This document shows, in pieces, positions 1 to 8,769 of a stretch of 42,741 bases of DNA. Source of the stretch: Candidatus Brocadiia bacterium (GTDB lineage Bacteria; Planctomycetota; DG-23; SLPQ01). The DNA is taken from positions 1 through 42,741 of the forward strand of contig SLPQ01000065.1 in the NCBI GenBank assembly GCA_007131925.1, written 5' to 3'. Numbering within the stretch: position 1 is the first letter of the stretch; each line of letters begins with the position of its first letter. The notes under the pieces are model-generated. The model worked only from the letters and a program-made list of their open reading frames with translations. It was not told the origin of the DNA and did no database searches. A program made the translations under genes and the position numbers.

Positions 1-928
1 ATATGTGGCGGCCCGTCCTGCCCACGACGGTGGCGCCGGTGAGATCGGCGAAACGATCGGCCTGCTCCGCTGACGGCAGTGTATACATGACGTGAGTGGC
101 GCATTCCCAGTCGAGACCGATGGCACGAATGGGCTGGAGGCCGCTTTTTTTCGTGCCTTCGAGAATCTTTTTCTTCTCGGCTCGCATGCGCTTTATCATC
201 CCGGGCAGGCGCGTGAGCTGGACGTTAAGCATGGCGCCCATAACTTCACTGGCGCGAGCGCCGGCCGCGGCGAAATGCTCGATCGCATCGTCCCGGCCCT
301 TCCAGTAAAAGTTGCAGCAGTCGATGTAGCAGCCGGCGCGCCGGATCACGTCGTCATTGTCACTGACGAGGGCGCCTCCCTCCCCGCAGGAGATGTTCTT
401 GTAGTAGTTGAACGAAAAGGCTGCCGCGTGGCCGATCGAACCGAGCATCCGCCCGCGGTAAGCGCCGCCGACTGCCTGGCAGGCGTCCTCTATGACGAGA
501 AGCTTGTGCTTTTCGGCAACCTTCATGATGGCGTCCATGTCGCAGGATAATCCCCACATGTGAACCGGTATGACAGCCTTTGTACGCTCACCGACTGCAG
601 CGTCGAGCGCCTGCGGGTCCATGGTGATGGTGTCATCGATATCGATTATGACCGGGATGGCGCCGGCGGCCAGCACAGCTATGGCAGTGGCCATGTACGT
701 GACCGAAGGGACAATGACTTCGTGGCCTGGTCCGACACCGAGGCCTACAAGTGAGGCCGTCAGCGCCGTGGTGCCGCTGGATGTGAGCAGCGCGCCTGAC
801 ACACCGAGATGCCCGGCCCAGCGCTTTTCAAAGCGCGCGCATTCGTTTCCGATATTGTACCGAAAGAGCTTGCCGCTCTCGAGGACCTTTCTGACCGCCT
901 CGGCCTCCTTTGAACCCATAAGGTACAT
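1..928 (-). CDS. DegT/DnrJ/EryC1/StrS family PLP-dependent aminotransferase (3' end runs off the window)
   Basis: Not in the ORF track because there is no stop in the window. Manual translation from ATG 928: MYLMGSKEAEAVRKVLESGKLFRY...SSGTTAL...GVGPGHEVIVPSVTYMAT...VHMWG...VIEDACQAVG...FSFNYYKNISCGEGG, with the PLP-binding Lys motif. SD AAAGGGGG upstream. Confidence 0.9.
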   Translation of the reverse strand, partial: MYLMGSKEAEAVRKVLESGKLFRYNIGNECARFEKRWAGHLGVSGALLTSSGTTALTASLVGLGVGPGHEVIVPSVTYMATAIAVLAAGAIPVIIDIDDTITMDPQALDAAVGERTKAVIPVHMWGLSCDMDAIMKVAEKHKLLVIEDACQAVGGAYRGRMLGSIGHAAAFSFNYYKNISCGEGGALVSDNDDVIRRAGCYIDCCNFYWKGRDDAIEHFAAAGARASEVMGAMLNVQLTRLPGMIKRMRAEKKKILEGTKKSGLQPIRAIGLDWECATHVMYTLPSAEQADRFADLTGATVVGRTGRHI

Positions 929-977
929 GCTGCGCCCCCTTTATCATCAACTGTGCCCGTTATCCTGCAGGTCTTCC

Positions 978-1943
978 TCAAACCTGCCGCTCTCCCTGCC
1001 GGTCATCACCATCCCCCGCCGCAGGAGCCCCGGAGACCTTATTGCTATTCTTGAAGCTCAGCTGCGGCTCTGCTATCGCAACCCGTGTGCCGGGCTCGAC
1101 GCTGTGAGTGAGCCAGACATTTCCGCCTATAATCGAGCCCCTGCCGATGACAGTGGAGCCGCCGAGGATGGTGGCGCCAGGGTAGAGAGTCACATCATCC
1201 TCTATGGTGGGGTGCCGCTTCTTACCGCGAAGCTTCTGCCCCTTGCGCGGGGAAAGCGCACCGAGGGTCACGCCGTGGTAGATCCTGACGCGGTCGCCGA
1301 TCTGGGTCGTTTCGCCGATTACTACGCCGGTGCCGTGGTCGACAAAAAAAGACCGGCCGATAACAGCGCCGGGGTGGATGTCTATACCCGTCAAATTGTG
1401 CGCGTACTCGGTCATGATGCGAGGGATCAGTGGAACGCCGATATCGTACAGCTCATGGGCCAGGCGATAGACTGTGATAGCATACATGCCCGGGTAAGAG
1501 AAGATTATCTCGTCAAGGGTCTTGGCGGCAGGGTCACCGTCGTAGTGGGACTGGACATCCAGTGAGAGCTTTTCCCGTATCTCAGGTAGTCGCGCTATGA
1601 ACTCCATCGCCACCTCTTCACCCTTGCCCCTGCACAGCGGCGCCAGCAGATCGAGGCGCTGTCGCTCATGCTCGACGCTCAGGGTGACCTCCCGGCAGAG
1701 AGTCCGCGCGATCCGGTCGATATGGCCGCCGATGACAAACTCGAGATTGGTCTCGTCGATGGATTTTTCCCCGTAATAGCCGGGATAGATAACAACAAAG
1801 CAGGTCTGGAGGATCTCGATTATCTTCTGGCGGTCGGGCAGCGCTGCACTGGCAATATGCCTGATAGCGCTGGTGCGCGTGTAGGAGTCCACGATTTTCT
1901 TGACGAGGCCGGGTAGCCGCCGCCGCAGGCTTTCATCGCCCAT
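978..1943 (-). CDS. cysE: Serine O-acetyltransferase (long CysE/EpsC type)
   Basis: DVQSHYDGDPAA..SYPG, YRLAHEL, hexapeptide region TGIDIHPGAVIGRSFFVDHGTGVVIGET, KRHPTIEDDV. The ATG at 1943 is preferred over the TTG at 1946. Confidence 0.92.
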   Translation of the reverse strand: MGDESLRRRLPGLVKKIVDSYTRTSAIRHIASAALPDRQKIIEILQTCFVVIYPGYYGEKSIDETNLEFVIGGHIDRIARTLCREVTLSVEHERQRLDLLAPLCRGKGEEVAMEFIARLPEIREKLSLDVQSHYDGDPAAKTLDEIIFSYPGMYAITVYRLAHELYDIGVPLIPRIMTEYAHNLTGIDIHPGAVIGRSFFVDHGTGVVIGETTQIGDRVRIYHGVTLGALSPRKGQKLRGKKRHPTIEDDVTLYPGATILGGSTVIGRGSIIGGNVWLTHSVEPGTRVAIAEPQLSFKNSNKVSGAPAAGDGDDRQGERQV

Positions 1944-2019
1944 CAATCAAACCTTTCGTCAGTTAATATGCCGCTCGACGCACTATGCAGAGCGCGCCGA
2001 GAAGTGCTTACGGCAATTG

Positions 2020-2048
2020 ATTCTACGTTTGCCGTTGATAAGGGTCAA
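2020..2048 (-). promoter_or_regulatory. Sigma-70-type promoter for cysE-DegT
   Basis: TTGACC-17 nt-TAGAAT on the minus strand, 77 bp upstream of cysE. It is overlapped by an ACGGCAA-N12-TTGCCGT inverted repeat (2010-2035). Confidence 0.65.
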
Positions 2049-2199
2049 CAGTGACGCCCACTGAGGCAGGCGCACTCCTGTCTTTGCCGGCTTTCACCAG
2101 GGGCTCATGCCCACCCTGCCATAGGGCGGTATACCCAGCGGGGCAACAGCAGGATGACCAGGCGCGACCGTACGGCTGATCAGAGCCCATCCACCCCCC

Positions 2200-2844
2200 T
2201 CAGGTGCGAACCCCCGTCAGCGCCCCATAGCCGAACATGCATGCATAGCCTATCAGCATGAGCGCCAGGACTACAATGAGTCCACGGTAGAAGCCGTCGG
2301 GTATGTGTTTGCGGCCAAAGCCAACAATGAACGAGACAAATACATACCATGCAAAGTCACTGGAAATATGTCCGCTGTAAAAGACGGCTACGTTGGTGGG
2401 GGTGGGATCGACCCTCGCTGCCAGCGACAGGCCGATAGCAATCCACCACAGCGAGAAGCTGGGGTTTATGAGACTTATGAAGAAACCCCCAAGTATTGGG
2501 TTTTCGATCCTCGAGGGGGGCTTTTCTCCGGCAACTATCGCGGCAAGGGAGAGCCTCGGCGCCTGCCTGATCATCATTATGCCCATGGCGGCAAGGGTCA
2601 CTGCACCTGCTCCTGCGATGATCCTCAGTGTGGTCTGGTTCTGAAAAAAGCGGCTTGCCCCGGCAAATATTGCCACCACGATGCTTGCCTCGAGTATCGC
2701 ATGGCCCGTGACCACCAGAAAGCCGGTGTGGGCGCCTCTTTTGGCCGCCGAGTGGATATTAAACGCCAGAAGGGGGCCCGGGATCAAGGCGCCGCTCAGG
2801 CCGGTAGTGAAAGCAAAAAGGAAAATATCCGTTGCATCTTTCAA
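2200..2844 (-). CDS. LysE family translocator
   Basis: N-terminal LSGALIPGP, TGHAILE, NPSFSLWW, GHISSDFAWY, ~6 hydrophobic segments. TTG start with GAGG SD. Confidence 0.88.
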   Translation of the reverse strand: MKDATDIFLFAFTTGLSGALIPGPLLAFNIHSAAKRGAHTGFLVVTGHAILEASIVVAIFAGASRFFQNQTTLRIIAGAGAVTLAAMGIMMIRQAPRLSLAAIVAGEKPPSRIENPILGGFFISLINPSFSLWWIAIGLSLAARVDPTPTNVAVFYSGHISSDFAWYVFVSFIVGFGRKHIPDGFYRGLIVVLALMLIGYACMFGYGALTGVRT

Positions 2845-2976
2845 AAAAACGTACCTCTATGTCGTCGGCGCGTCTAAAATCTTGCCTGCAACGATTCTAC
2901 ATTCGGCCACGGGGGCGCGCAACAGGTCCATGATGGCGCTTCCAATCGGCGTATGGCGCTTTCTCGGCGCTTTGCG

Positions 2977-3001
2977 GGAACATTCCCGCGACGAATACGT
3001 A
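2977..3001 (+). promoter_or_regulatory. Candidate ECF-sigma (autoregulatory) promoter
   Basis: GGAAC-16 nt-CGTA directly upstream of the ECF sigma ATG, matching the general ECF AAC/CGT promoter pattern. Confidence 0.6.
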
Positions 3002-3016
3002 CTAGAAAGGGCAAGC

Positions 3017-3598
3017 ATGCAGCAGCGAAGTGATGAAGAACTGCTGGCCGGCAGCCTCAAGGGGCACTCCGGCGACTTCAAGCTGCTTGTTGAAAGGTAC
3101 GAATCTGAGCTCTTTAACTTTCTGTATCGTCTGACAGGAGACAGGCAGACGGCCGAAGACCTCTTCCAGGAGACGTTTCTACTTGTTTATACGAAGATGG
3201 ATGTCTTCAGGCCTGACGCCGCCTTCAGACCGTGGGTATACACTATAGCAGCCAACCTCGCCCGCGACACGATGCGTAAGCGCAGGACGAGGAGAGCGCT
3301 CTCGCTCGATGCCAACCTGGGCGCCGACGAGAATGGCCGCTTCGGTGACATGCTCGCGGGTGATTCGCCGGAGCCGCAGGCTATGCTTGACATGAATGAG
3401 TCAGCGGACCTTGCGCATGAGCTTGTGAAAAGGCTGCCTGAAAACCTGCGGGAGGTTGTGGTGCTGTACTTTTTCAACGCAATGAAATATTCGCAGATAA
3501 GCGAGGTACTTGGCCTGCCGATGGGGACCGTCAAGTCGCGGCTCTTCCGCGCGGTACGCCATATGGCAGCCGACCTTAAGGCGAAACGGGGTTACTGA
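3017..3598 (+). CDS. ECF RNA polymerase sigma-70 family factor
   Basis: SDEELL, region 2 (AEDLFQETFL...FRPWVYTIAAN), region 4 (LPENLREVVVL...YSQISEVLGLPMGTVKSRLFRA). The true start is taken as ATG 3017 after GAAAGG, not the ORF-track start at 2681. Confidence 0.93.
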   Translation: MQQRSDEELLAGSLKGHSGDFKLLVERYESELFNFLYRLTGDRQTAEDLFQETFLLVYTKMDVFRPDAAFRPWVYTIAANLARDTMRKRRTRRALSLDANLGADENGRFGDMLAGDSPEPQAMLDMNESADLAHELVKRLPENLREVVVLYFFNAMKYSQISEVLGLPMGTVKSRLFRAVRHMAADLKAKRGY

Positions 3599-3600
3599 AC

Positions 3601-4380
3601 GTGGACGACAAATGTAAAATCTATCAGGATATGCTCGTCGAGGAGGCTCTCGGCGAAGCGGGCCAGAGGGAGAGGACATTTCTCAAGGCCCACCTGGCAA
3701 AGTGCGCTCACTGCCGCAGAGAGCTTGCTCTGATCAGCGATGCGGTGGGAGCGCTAAGGCGCGAGCAGCCGGCGAGCACACCGGTTGGTCTTGCCGAGCG
3801 TGCCTGTCATCATGTCGGCACCGTTGGCGAGCGACTGACGACGGCTGCATCATCATTCGGCCCTGCAGACCTGTTCAGGCCCTCCACCTGGCGCGCGCGA
3901 AAGTCCTTGGTGGCATGGATGGTAGCCGCATCTATACTCGTTATGAGCATCGCCTCGCTCGTTCCGGGATGGATGAACGCAGGTGACAGCAGGCAGATAG
4001 CCCAGTGCCAGCAGGGACTTCGCCTCGTGGCTGCCTCACTCAGGCAATACGCCGCTGACAACGGCGGACTGTATCCCACGGGCTCCAAGTGGTACGAGAG
4101 CCTTGACTACGCCTACCTGCGCAGGCAGGGCGCACTTATCTGTCCGGCCCGAATAGCGATCGGGCAGCCCAGCAGGGCCATTGTGGATTATGCCTATACC
4201 CCTCAAAGGGCGAGCATTCACTCCGGCCATGACTACCCCCTGCTCTGGGACCGAAAGGGCAGACATGACAGACTCGGCAGAAATGTCGTCTTCGCAAGCG
4301 GCCATGTCATGTGGCTGGACGAGGATCGTTTCGAGGTGCTGCTTGCCAAGTATAGAATTGACGAAGCGGAGGCTTATTAA
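3601..4380 (+). CDS. Zinc-finger (ZAS) anti-sigma factor with a TM helix and a C-terminal pilin-like H-X9-DG-type domain
   Basis: HLAKCAHC (HxxxCxxC) motif, TM segment SLVAWMVAASILVMSIASLVP, then CQQGLRLVAASLRQYAADNGGLYP...CPA...RHDRLGRNVVFASGHV. Starts 2 nt after the sigma gene. Confidence 0.8.
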   Translation: MDDKCKIYQDMLVEEALGEAGQRERTFLKAHLAKCAHCRRELALISDAVGALRREQPASTPVGLAERACHHVGTVGERLTTAASSFGPADLFRPSTWRARKSLVAWMVAASILVMSIASLVPGWMNAGDSRQIAQCQQGLRLVAASLRQYAADNGGLYPTGSKWYESLDYAYLRRQGALICPARIAIGQPSRAIVDYAYTPQRASIHSGHDYPLLWDRKGRHDRLGRNVVFASGHVMWLDEDRFEVLLAKYRIDEAEAY

Positions 4381-4404
4381 CGCCCAAGCAAGTCCGCCGA
4401 AGCC

Positions 4405-4442
4405 AAAACTGCCGGCGCGTGGTAAAGAGCGCCGGCAGTTTT
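4405..4442. terminator. Bidirectional intrinsic terminator
   Basis: AAAACTGCCGGCGC-10 nt loop-GCGCCGGCAGTTTT between convergent genes, with A/T tracts on both sides. Confidence 0.85.
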
Positions 4443-4492
4443 CTGATTTTACATCTCTCAGCTCTTAACTGCCCCTCAGAGCGTTGAGCCGG

Positions 4493-4999
4493 TCAGCGTC
4501 GCCGTCCCTGCGGCGGTGCGGGCGCGTCGATGGGAAGCTCCGGCGCTGTACCGAAATCAACGCGCAGGTCGTTTCTCTGCACGGCGTTGATGACCCGGTT
4601 GCTGACATCGTAACTGTACACGGCCATCCGCTCGCTGTCGGTGTCGATAACCATAACGACCGAGCGGGTTGAGGATGTCCTCATCGGCACGATCATGAGC
4701 GGACCTAAGGCACGCTGCTGGAGATCCTCACGCAGGTTGCGCCGCTCGACACGCTCCAATGGGACATCTCCGACCGTCGGCGGATAGTCGTAAACAACCA
4801 GCGTGCCGGATACTCTGTCGGCCAGCCAGAAGGCATCTCTCGAGCTGGAAATCTGTGAAGAGGCGGCCGCCAAGGCACCCTGGCTGGCCGAAACCTCACC
4901 AAAGGCATAGCGACTGTCCTGGCCGGGGATCAGAAGAAGCGCCACAAGCAGCGCATTAAGGGCTATTGATCCATACAATGCCAGTGATCTTGTCTTCAT
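4493..4999 (-). CDS. Hypothetical exported protein with two tandem ~45-aa repeats
   Basis: Strong SD GGAGGGG and an N-terminal signal/TM segment. Internal duplication: SSSRDAFWLADRVSGTLVVYDY..RRNLREDL / SSTRSVVMVIDTDSERMAVYSY..RNDLRVDF. Confidence 0.75.
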   Translation of the reverse strand: MKTRSLALYGSIALNALLVALLLIPGQDSRYAFGEVSASQGALAAASSQISSSRDAFWLADRVSGTLVVYDYPPTVGDVPLERVERRNLREDLQQRALGPLMIVPMRTSSTRSVVMVIDTDSERMAVYSYDVSNRVINAVQRNDLRVDFGTAPELPIDAPAPPQGRRR

Positions 5000-5042
5000 T
5001 GGGTTGCCCCTCCTAACGCTGTACCATCAGACTGCAAAGTCC

Positions 5043-5294
5043 TCAATCGACCGAAACTACCTTCTTTATACCTCTGAGCTGAGCATATGTCGCGGCCGAC
5101 CCGAGTACCACAAAAATGAGAATTGAAAAGAACCTCTGCCTGTTTGCCTCACTGGTACTTGATGAATAGAAGGCATCCACCCGGGCGGCGAAGTCCATTT
5201 CCCGCGGCGGAGCCTGCGCCAGAGCACCGGGCAACAGCAGTGCACACAAAATTACTGCCGCGAGAGAAAAAACAGCTGCTCTTCTGAGTGTCAT
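5043..5294 (-). CDS. Small hypothetical membrane protein (signal peptide plus C-terminal TM helix)
   Basis: SD GGGAGG before ATG 5294. Signal peptide ending ALA-Q, and C-terminal TM FFSILIFVVLGSAATY followed by basic residues. Confidence 0.65.
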   Translation of the reverse strand: MTLRRAAVFSLAAVILCALLLPGALAQAPPREMDFAARVDAFYSSSTSEANRQRFFSILIFVVLGSAATYAQLRGIKKVVSVD

Positions 5295-5741
5295 CTCATC
5301 CTCCCATAAAACGACATATCGCACCCAGCCTGCGCCGGCAGCAGATATGACGTTTCAAATCACATGCTGGTACCATATATGACATATTTTAGCAGCAATA
5401 ATTCGAAAAAGCGCCTCGAAAACAGCAGCGAGATCAAAAAGTGGCCATTTCATAGACAATTTTTCGGTAGCGGCGACGGCGAAGTGTATAAGATTCTGGA
5501 GCCAATGCCACAAAAAGCCGGCTGCGCCGCCCCAGGCTGAGAAGCAGGCGCCCTTTGCCAGCGATGCTCCCGCGCCATGGGCTGAGGGCATCTCTTCTCG
5601 TCCGCGGCGAGCCCTCTTTGTGCACAAGACGCGCCATGGCGCACTTGAGACTTGCCGAGCGTGGCGAGCGCCTTAGAATGTACACCACGATGGAGGGCCG
5701 CGCGCCATCTCACGCTTATTGAGTCTTGCAGGGGAACCCCC

Positions 5742-8351
5742 ATGGCCGTGACGGCGATGATGGAGCAGTATAACCGCATCAAGCGGCAGTGCCGCGATGC
5801 GATACTGTTTTTCCGGATGGGGGACTTTTACGAGATGTTTTACGAGGACGCAAAGATCGCATCGCGCGTTCTGGGCATAGCGCTGACCAGCCGCAGCAAG
5901 GGGGATGCAGCGGTGCCTATGGCGGGCGTACCCCATCATTCGGCCTCTGACTATCTCAAGCGCCTCGTCGAGGCGGGCTACGACGTGGCAATATGCGACC
6001 AGGTCGAAGACCCGGCAAAGGCCAAAGGCATCGTGCGCCGCGAGGTCACACGCGTGGTTACGGCCGGGACGCTCACCGAAGATGACATGCTCGATGACAA
6101 GAGTGCAAACTTTCTGGCAGCTGTCATGCCGGCGTCGCCGCTGTGCGGGGTGGCTTGGGCGGATATCTCCACGGGGGCGTTTTTCGTAGAAGAGATCCAG
6201 GCCGCCGAGCTCGAAAGTGAGCTCTTCCGGCTCCAGCCTGCCGAGTGCCTCATACCCGAGGGCGCTAACTCTCGAAGGGCCGGGCTGGCTGCCGATATCG
6301 AGGGCGCCATTCCGGGCAGGCTCACACCCCGCAGTGACTGGGCGTTTTCACCGGCTGAGGCAACGCGCCTTCTCGAAAGGCATTTCGAGGTTTCGAGCCT
6401 CGACGGCTTCGGTCTTTCAGGGATGAGCGCGGGCGTCGGCGCGGCGGGGGCCGTCTTTGATTACCTCAGGGAGACGCAGAAAGGCGCCCTTTCGCATGTT
6501 CTCAAGATTGTCCGGGTAGAGCCCTCTGACAGGCTCATACTGGACCGCAGCGCACAGGCAAGTCTCGAGATCCTGCGAACGCAGCGTGATGGCAGCACCG
6601 AAGGCTCTCTGCTGGCTGTCCTCGACCACACCAACTCCTCCATGGGAGCTCGGCTGCTGCGCGAATGGATCACAGCGCCGCTTGTGGATATCGATGCGAT
6701 AAACAGGCGCCACGACGCTGTCGGAGAGTTTCTGGCGAAGGGGCAGGCACGCGCGCGCATCAGGGACAGGCTCCGAGAGACGAGCGACCTCGAGCGCATC
6801 GCCACCCGCCTTGCCACCGAGACCGCCCGGCCCCACGAGCTTGTAGCCGTTGCCACGACTGCCGAGGCGCTTCCGAGAATAGTCGAGGCAGCCTCTGCGC
6901 TTGACACAAGGTCAATCGGCGGGATTATCGAGAGGCTGGATACTCTTGATGACATGCGTAAGCTGATTCGCACTGCCATGGCCGAAAAGCCACCTTCAAA
7001 TCCTCGCGACGGCGGGCTTATCCGCGCCGGGTATGACGAGGAGCTCGACAGGCTGCGCTCCATAAGCCGCGACGGCAGGACATGGCTTGCCCAGTACCAG
7101 GCGCGAGAGGTCGAGCGCACAGGTATTGAAAACCTCAAGGTCGGCTACAACCGGGTCTTCGGCTACTATATCCAGGTCACAAACGTAAATCGCGACAAGG
7201 TACCGCCCAACTACGTCCGCAAGCAGACACTCAAGAACGCAGAGCGTTATGTCACAGGCGAGCTTCGAGAGTACGAGTCGAAGGTACTGTCGGCCCAGGA
7301 GCGCGCAGGCGAGCTCGAGTACGAGATTTTCAGGGAGATCCGACGCCTGCTGGGCGCGCAGGCGGGCAGGCTTCAGAAGGTGGGTGCAGCCCTTGCAGAG
7401 ATAGACGTCCTATCGGCCCTGGCAGAGGTCGCCGAGTGCAACAGGTACGTCCGCCCCGAGGTAAACAACTCCCGGGAGATTCATATAGAGGCGGGCAGGC
7501 ACCCTGTCCTGGATGTGATGCTGGAGGAGGAGTTTGTCCCGAATGACATCCATATCGGCACCGACGGGTGTGATCTGGCGGTGATAACAGGGCCGAATAT
7601 GGCCGGCAAGTCCACATACATCAGGCAGGCAGCGCTTCTTGTCATAATGGCTCAGGCGGGCAGCTTTGTGCCGGCGCGCCGGGCCTCTGCGGGAGTGGCG
7701 GACAGGGTTTTTGCGAGGGTGGGCGCCTCTGACGAGCTCGCACGCGGGCAGAGCACTTTTATGGTTGAGATGACGGAGACGGCGAATATCCTCAATAACG
7801 CCACCGAGCGCTCGGTGGTGGTCCTCGACGAGGTCGGCCGCGGCACAAGCACGTTCGATGGCCTTTCGCTGGCCTGGGCGGTCTGCGAAGAGCTGGCCTG
7901 CCGACTGAAGGCGCGGGTGCTTTTTGCGACGCACTACCATGAGCTCACGGAGCTGGCTCTTGTCCTCGAAAATGTAAAGAATTTCAACGTCCGCGTGTCT
8001 GAGTGGCAAGGCAACGTAACCTTTCACCATGAGATAGTCGAGGGAGGCACCGACAAGAGCTACGGCATATATGTGGCAAAGCTGGCGGGAGTGCCTGGCG
8101 AGGTGGTCGAGAGGGCAAAGGCGATACTCTCGCGGCTCGAGGCGCAGGCGGTCGACGGCGAGGAAAGGCCGGCCTTTGTGCCGCACGACCAGCAGAGCCG
8201 GGAGGCGCAGTACGGACTGTTTGCGCCACTGGATCAGAGGGTGATGGACGAACTGCGCTCAATAGACGTCGATAACCTTACGCCGGTCGAGGCCCTGCTC
8301 AAACTGCGGCAGTTGCAGAGGCGGGCTGACTCAACAGGGGCGATCCGGTAG
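5742..8351 (+). CDS. mutS: DNA mismatch repair protein MutS
   Basis: MMEQY..IK, FFRMGDFYEMF, Walker A ITGPNMAGKSTY, STFMVEM, LDEVGRGTST, ATHYHEL, SYGIYVAKLAG. Start taken at ATG 5742. Confidence 0.97.
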   Translation: MAVTAMMEQYNRIKRQCRDAILFFRMGDFYEMFYEDAKIASRVLGIALTSRSKGDAAVPMAGVPHHSASDYLKRLVEAGYDVAICDQVEDPAKAKGIVRREVTRVVTAGTLTEDDMLDDKSANFLAAVMPASPLCGVAWADISTGAFFVEEIQAAELESELFRLQPAECLIPEGANSRRAGLAADIEGAIPGRLTPRSDWAFSPAEATRLLERHFEVSSLDGFGLSGMSAGVGAAGAVFDYLRETQKGALSHVLKIVRVEPSDRLILDRSAQASLEILRTQRDGSTEGSLLAVLDHTNSSMGARLLREWITAPLVDIDAINRRHDAVGEFLAKGQARARIRDRLRETSDLERIATRLATETARPHELVAVATTAEALPRIVEAASALDTRSIGGIIERLDTLDDMRKLIRTAMAEKPPSNPRDGGLIRAGYDEELDRLRSISRDGRTWLAQYQAREVERTGIENLKVGYNRVFGYYIQVTNVNRDKVPPNYVRKQTLKNAERYVTGELREYESKVLSAQERAGELEYEIFREIRRLLGAQAGRLQKVGAALAEIDVLSALAEVAECNRYVRPEVNNSREIHIEAGRHPVLDVMLEEEFVPNDIHIGTDGCDLAVITGPNMAGKSTYIRQAALLVIMAQAGSFVPARRASAGVADRVFARVGASDELARGQSTFMVEMTETANILNNATERSVVVLDEVGRGTSTFDGLSLAWAVCEELACRLKARVLFATHYHELTELALVLENVKNFNVRVSEWQGNVTFHHEIVEGGTDKSYGIYVAKLAGVPGEVVERAKAILSRLEAQAVDGEERPAFVPHDQQSREAQYGLFAPLDQRVMDELRSIDVDNLTPVEALLKLRQLQRRADSTGAIR

Positions 8352-8386
8352 GCACAGAGTTTCTCGAAGAGAGGGATTGTCTCCAG

Positions 8387-8701
8387 ATGATAAAGCTTAC
8401 CGAAGCCCAGCTGGTAGAGATGGTCCTTGTGGCCGCTCGCCGCGGATATAAGCAGGCCCTCGAAGACGCCGAAAAGACCAGCCGCCGCCAGCGCGATGCG
8501 TGTGCGCAGGAGGGCGTGGATGCCTACCGCGCGAATGCGCTCGAGTGTCTGCGCAGGCGCCTTGGCGAGCTCAAAGACTTGAAGGCCAACGAGCTTCTGG
8601 TTGCCGGCTTCAATGAAGCCGTGGAGTACCTTGAATTCGGCGCGTCAAAGGATTGGCAGGAGCTCTCGAGCGGCACAGATCAGGGCAAAGAAGGAACGTA
8701 A
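8387..8701 (+). CDS. Hypothetical protein (helical, 104 aa)
   Basis: Fills the gap after mutS, with a GAGGG SD and plausible codon usage. No recognisable motif. Confidence 0.6.
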   Translation: MIKLTEAQLVEMVLVAARRGYKQALEDAEKTSRRQRDACAQEGVDAYRANALECLRRRLGELKDLKANELLVAGFNEAVEYLEFGASKDWQELSSGTDQGKEGT

Positions 8702-8769
8702 ATTCTTATCGATAAGCTTACACTGTTGCTGCCTGCGCCCCCCCGCAGCCGGCTGCATGGAGACAAACA

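Noticed and set aside
92-1565. Plus-strand ORFs 92-550 and 570-1565, and the many other long antisense ORFs (e.g. 12021-12878, 18847-19818, 30949-32133, 33184-34317)
   Set aside because: They are shadow frames opposite well-supported genes, as expected in GC-rich DNA.
2098-2191. Short minus-strand ORF with a CCC (Cys-Cys-Cys) run upstream of cysE, a possible Cys-sensing leader peptide
   Set aside because: It lies upstream of the predicted cysE promoter, has poor SD spacing, and shows no attenuator structure.
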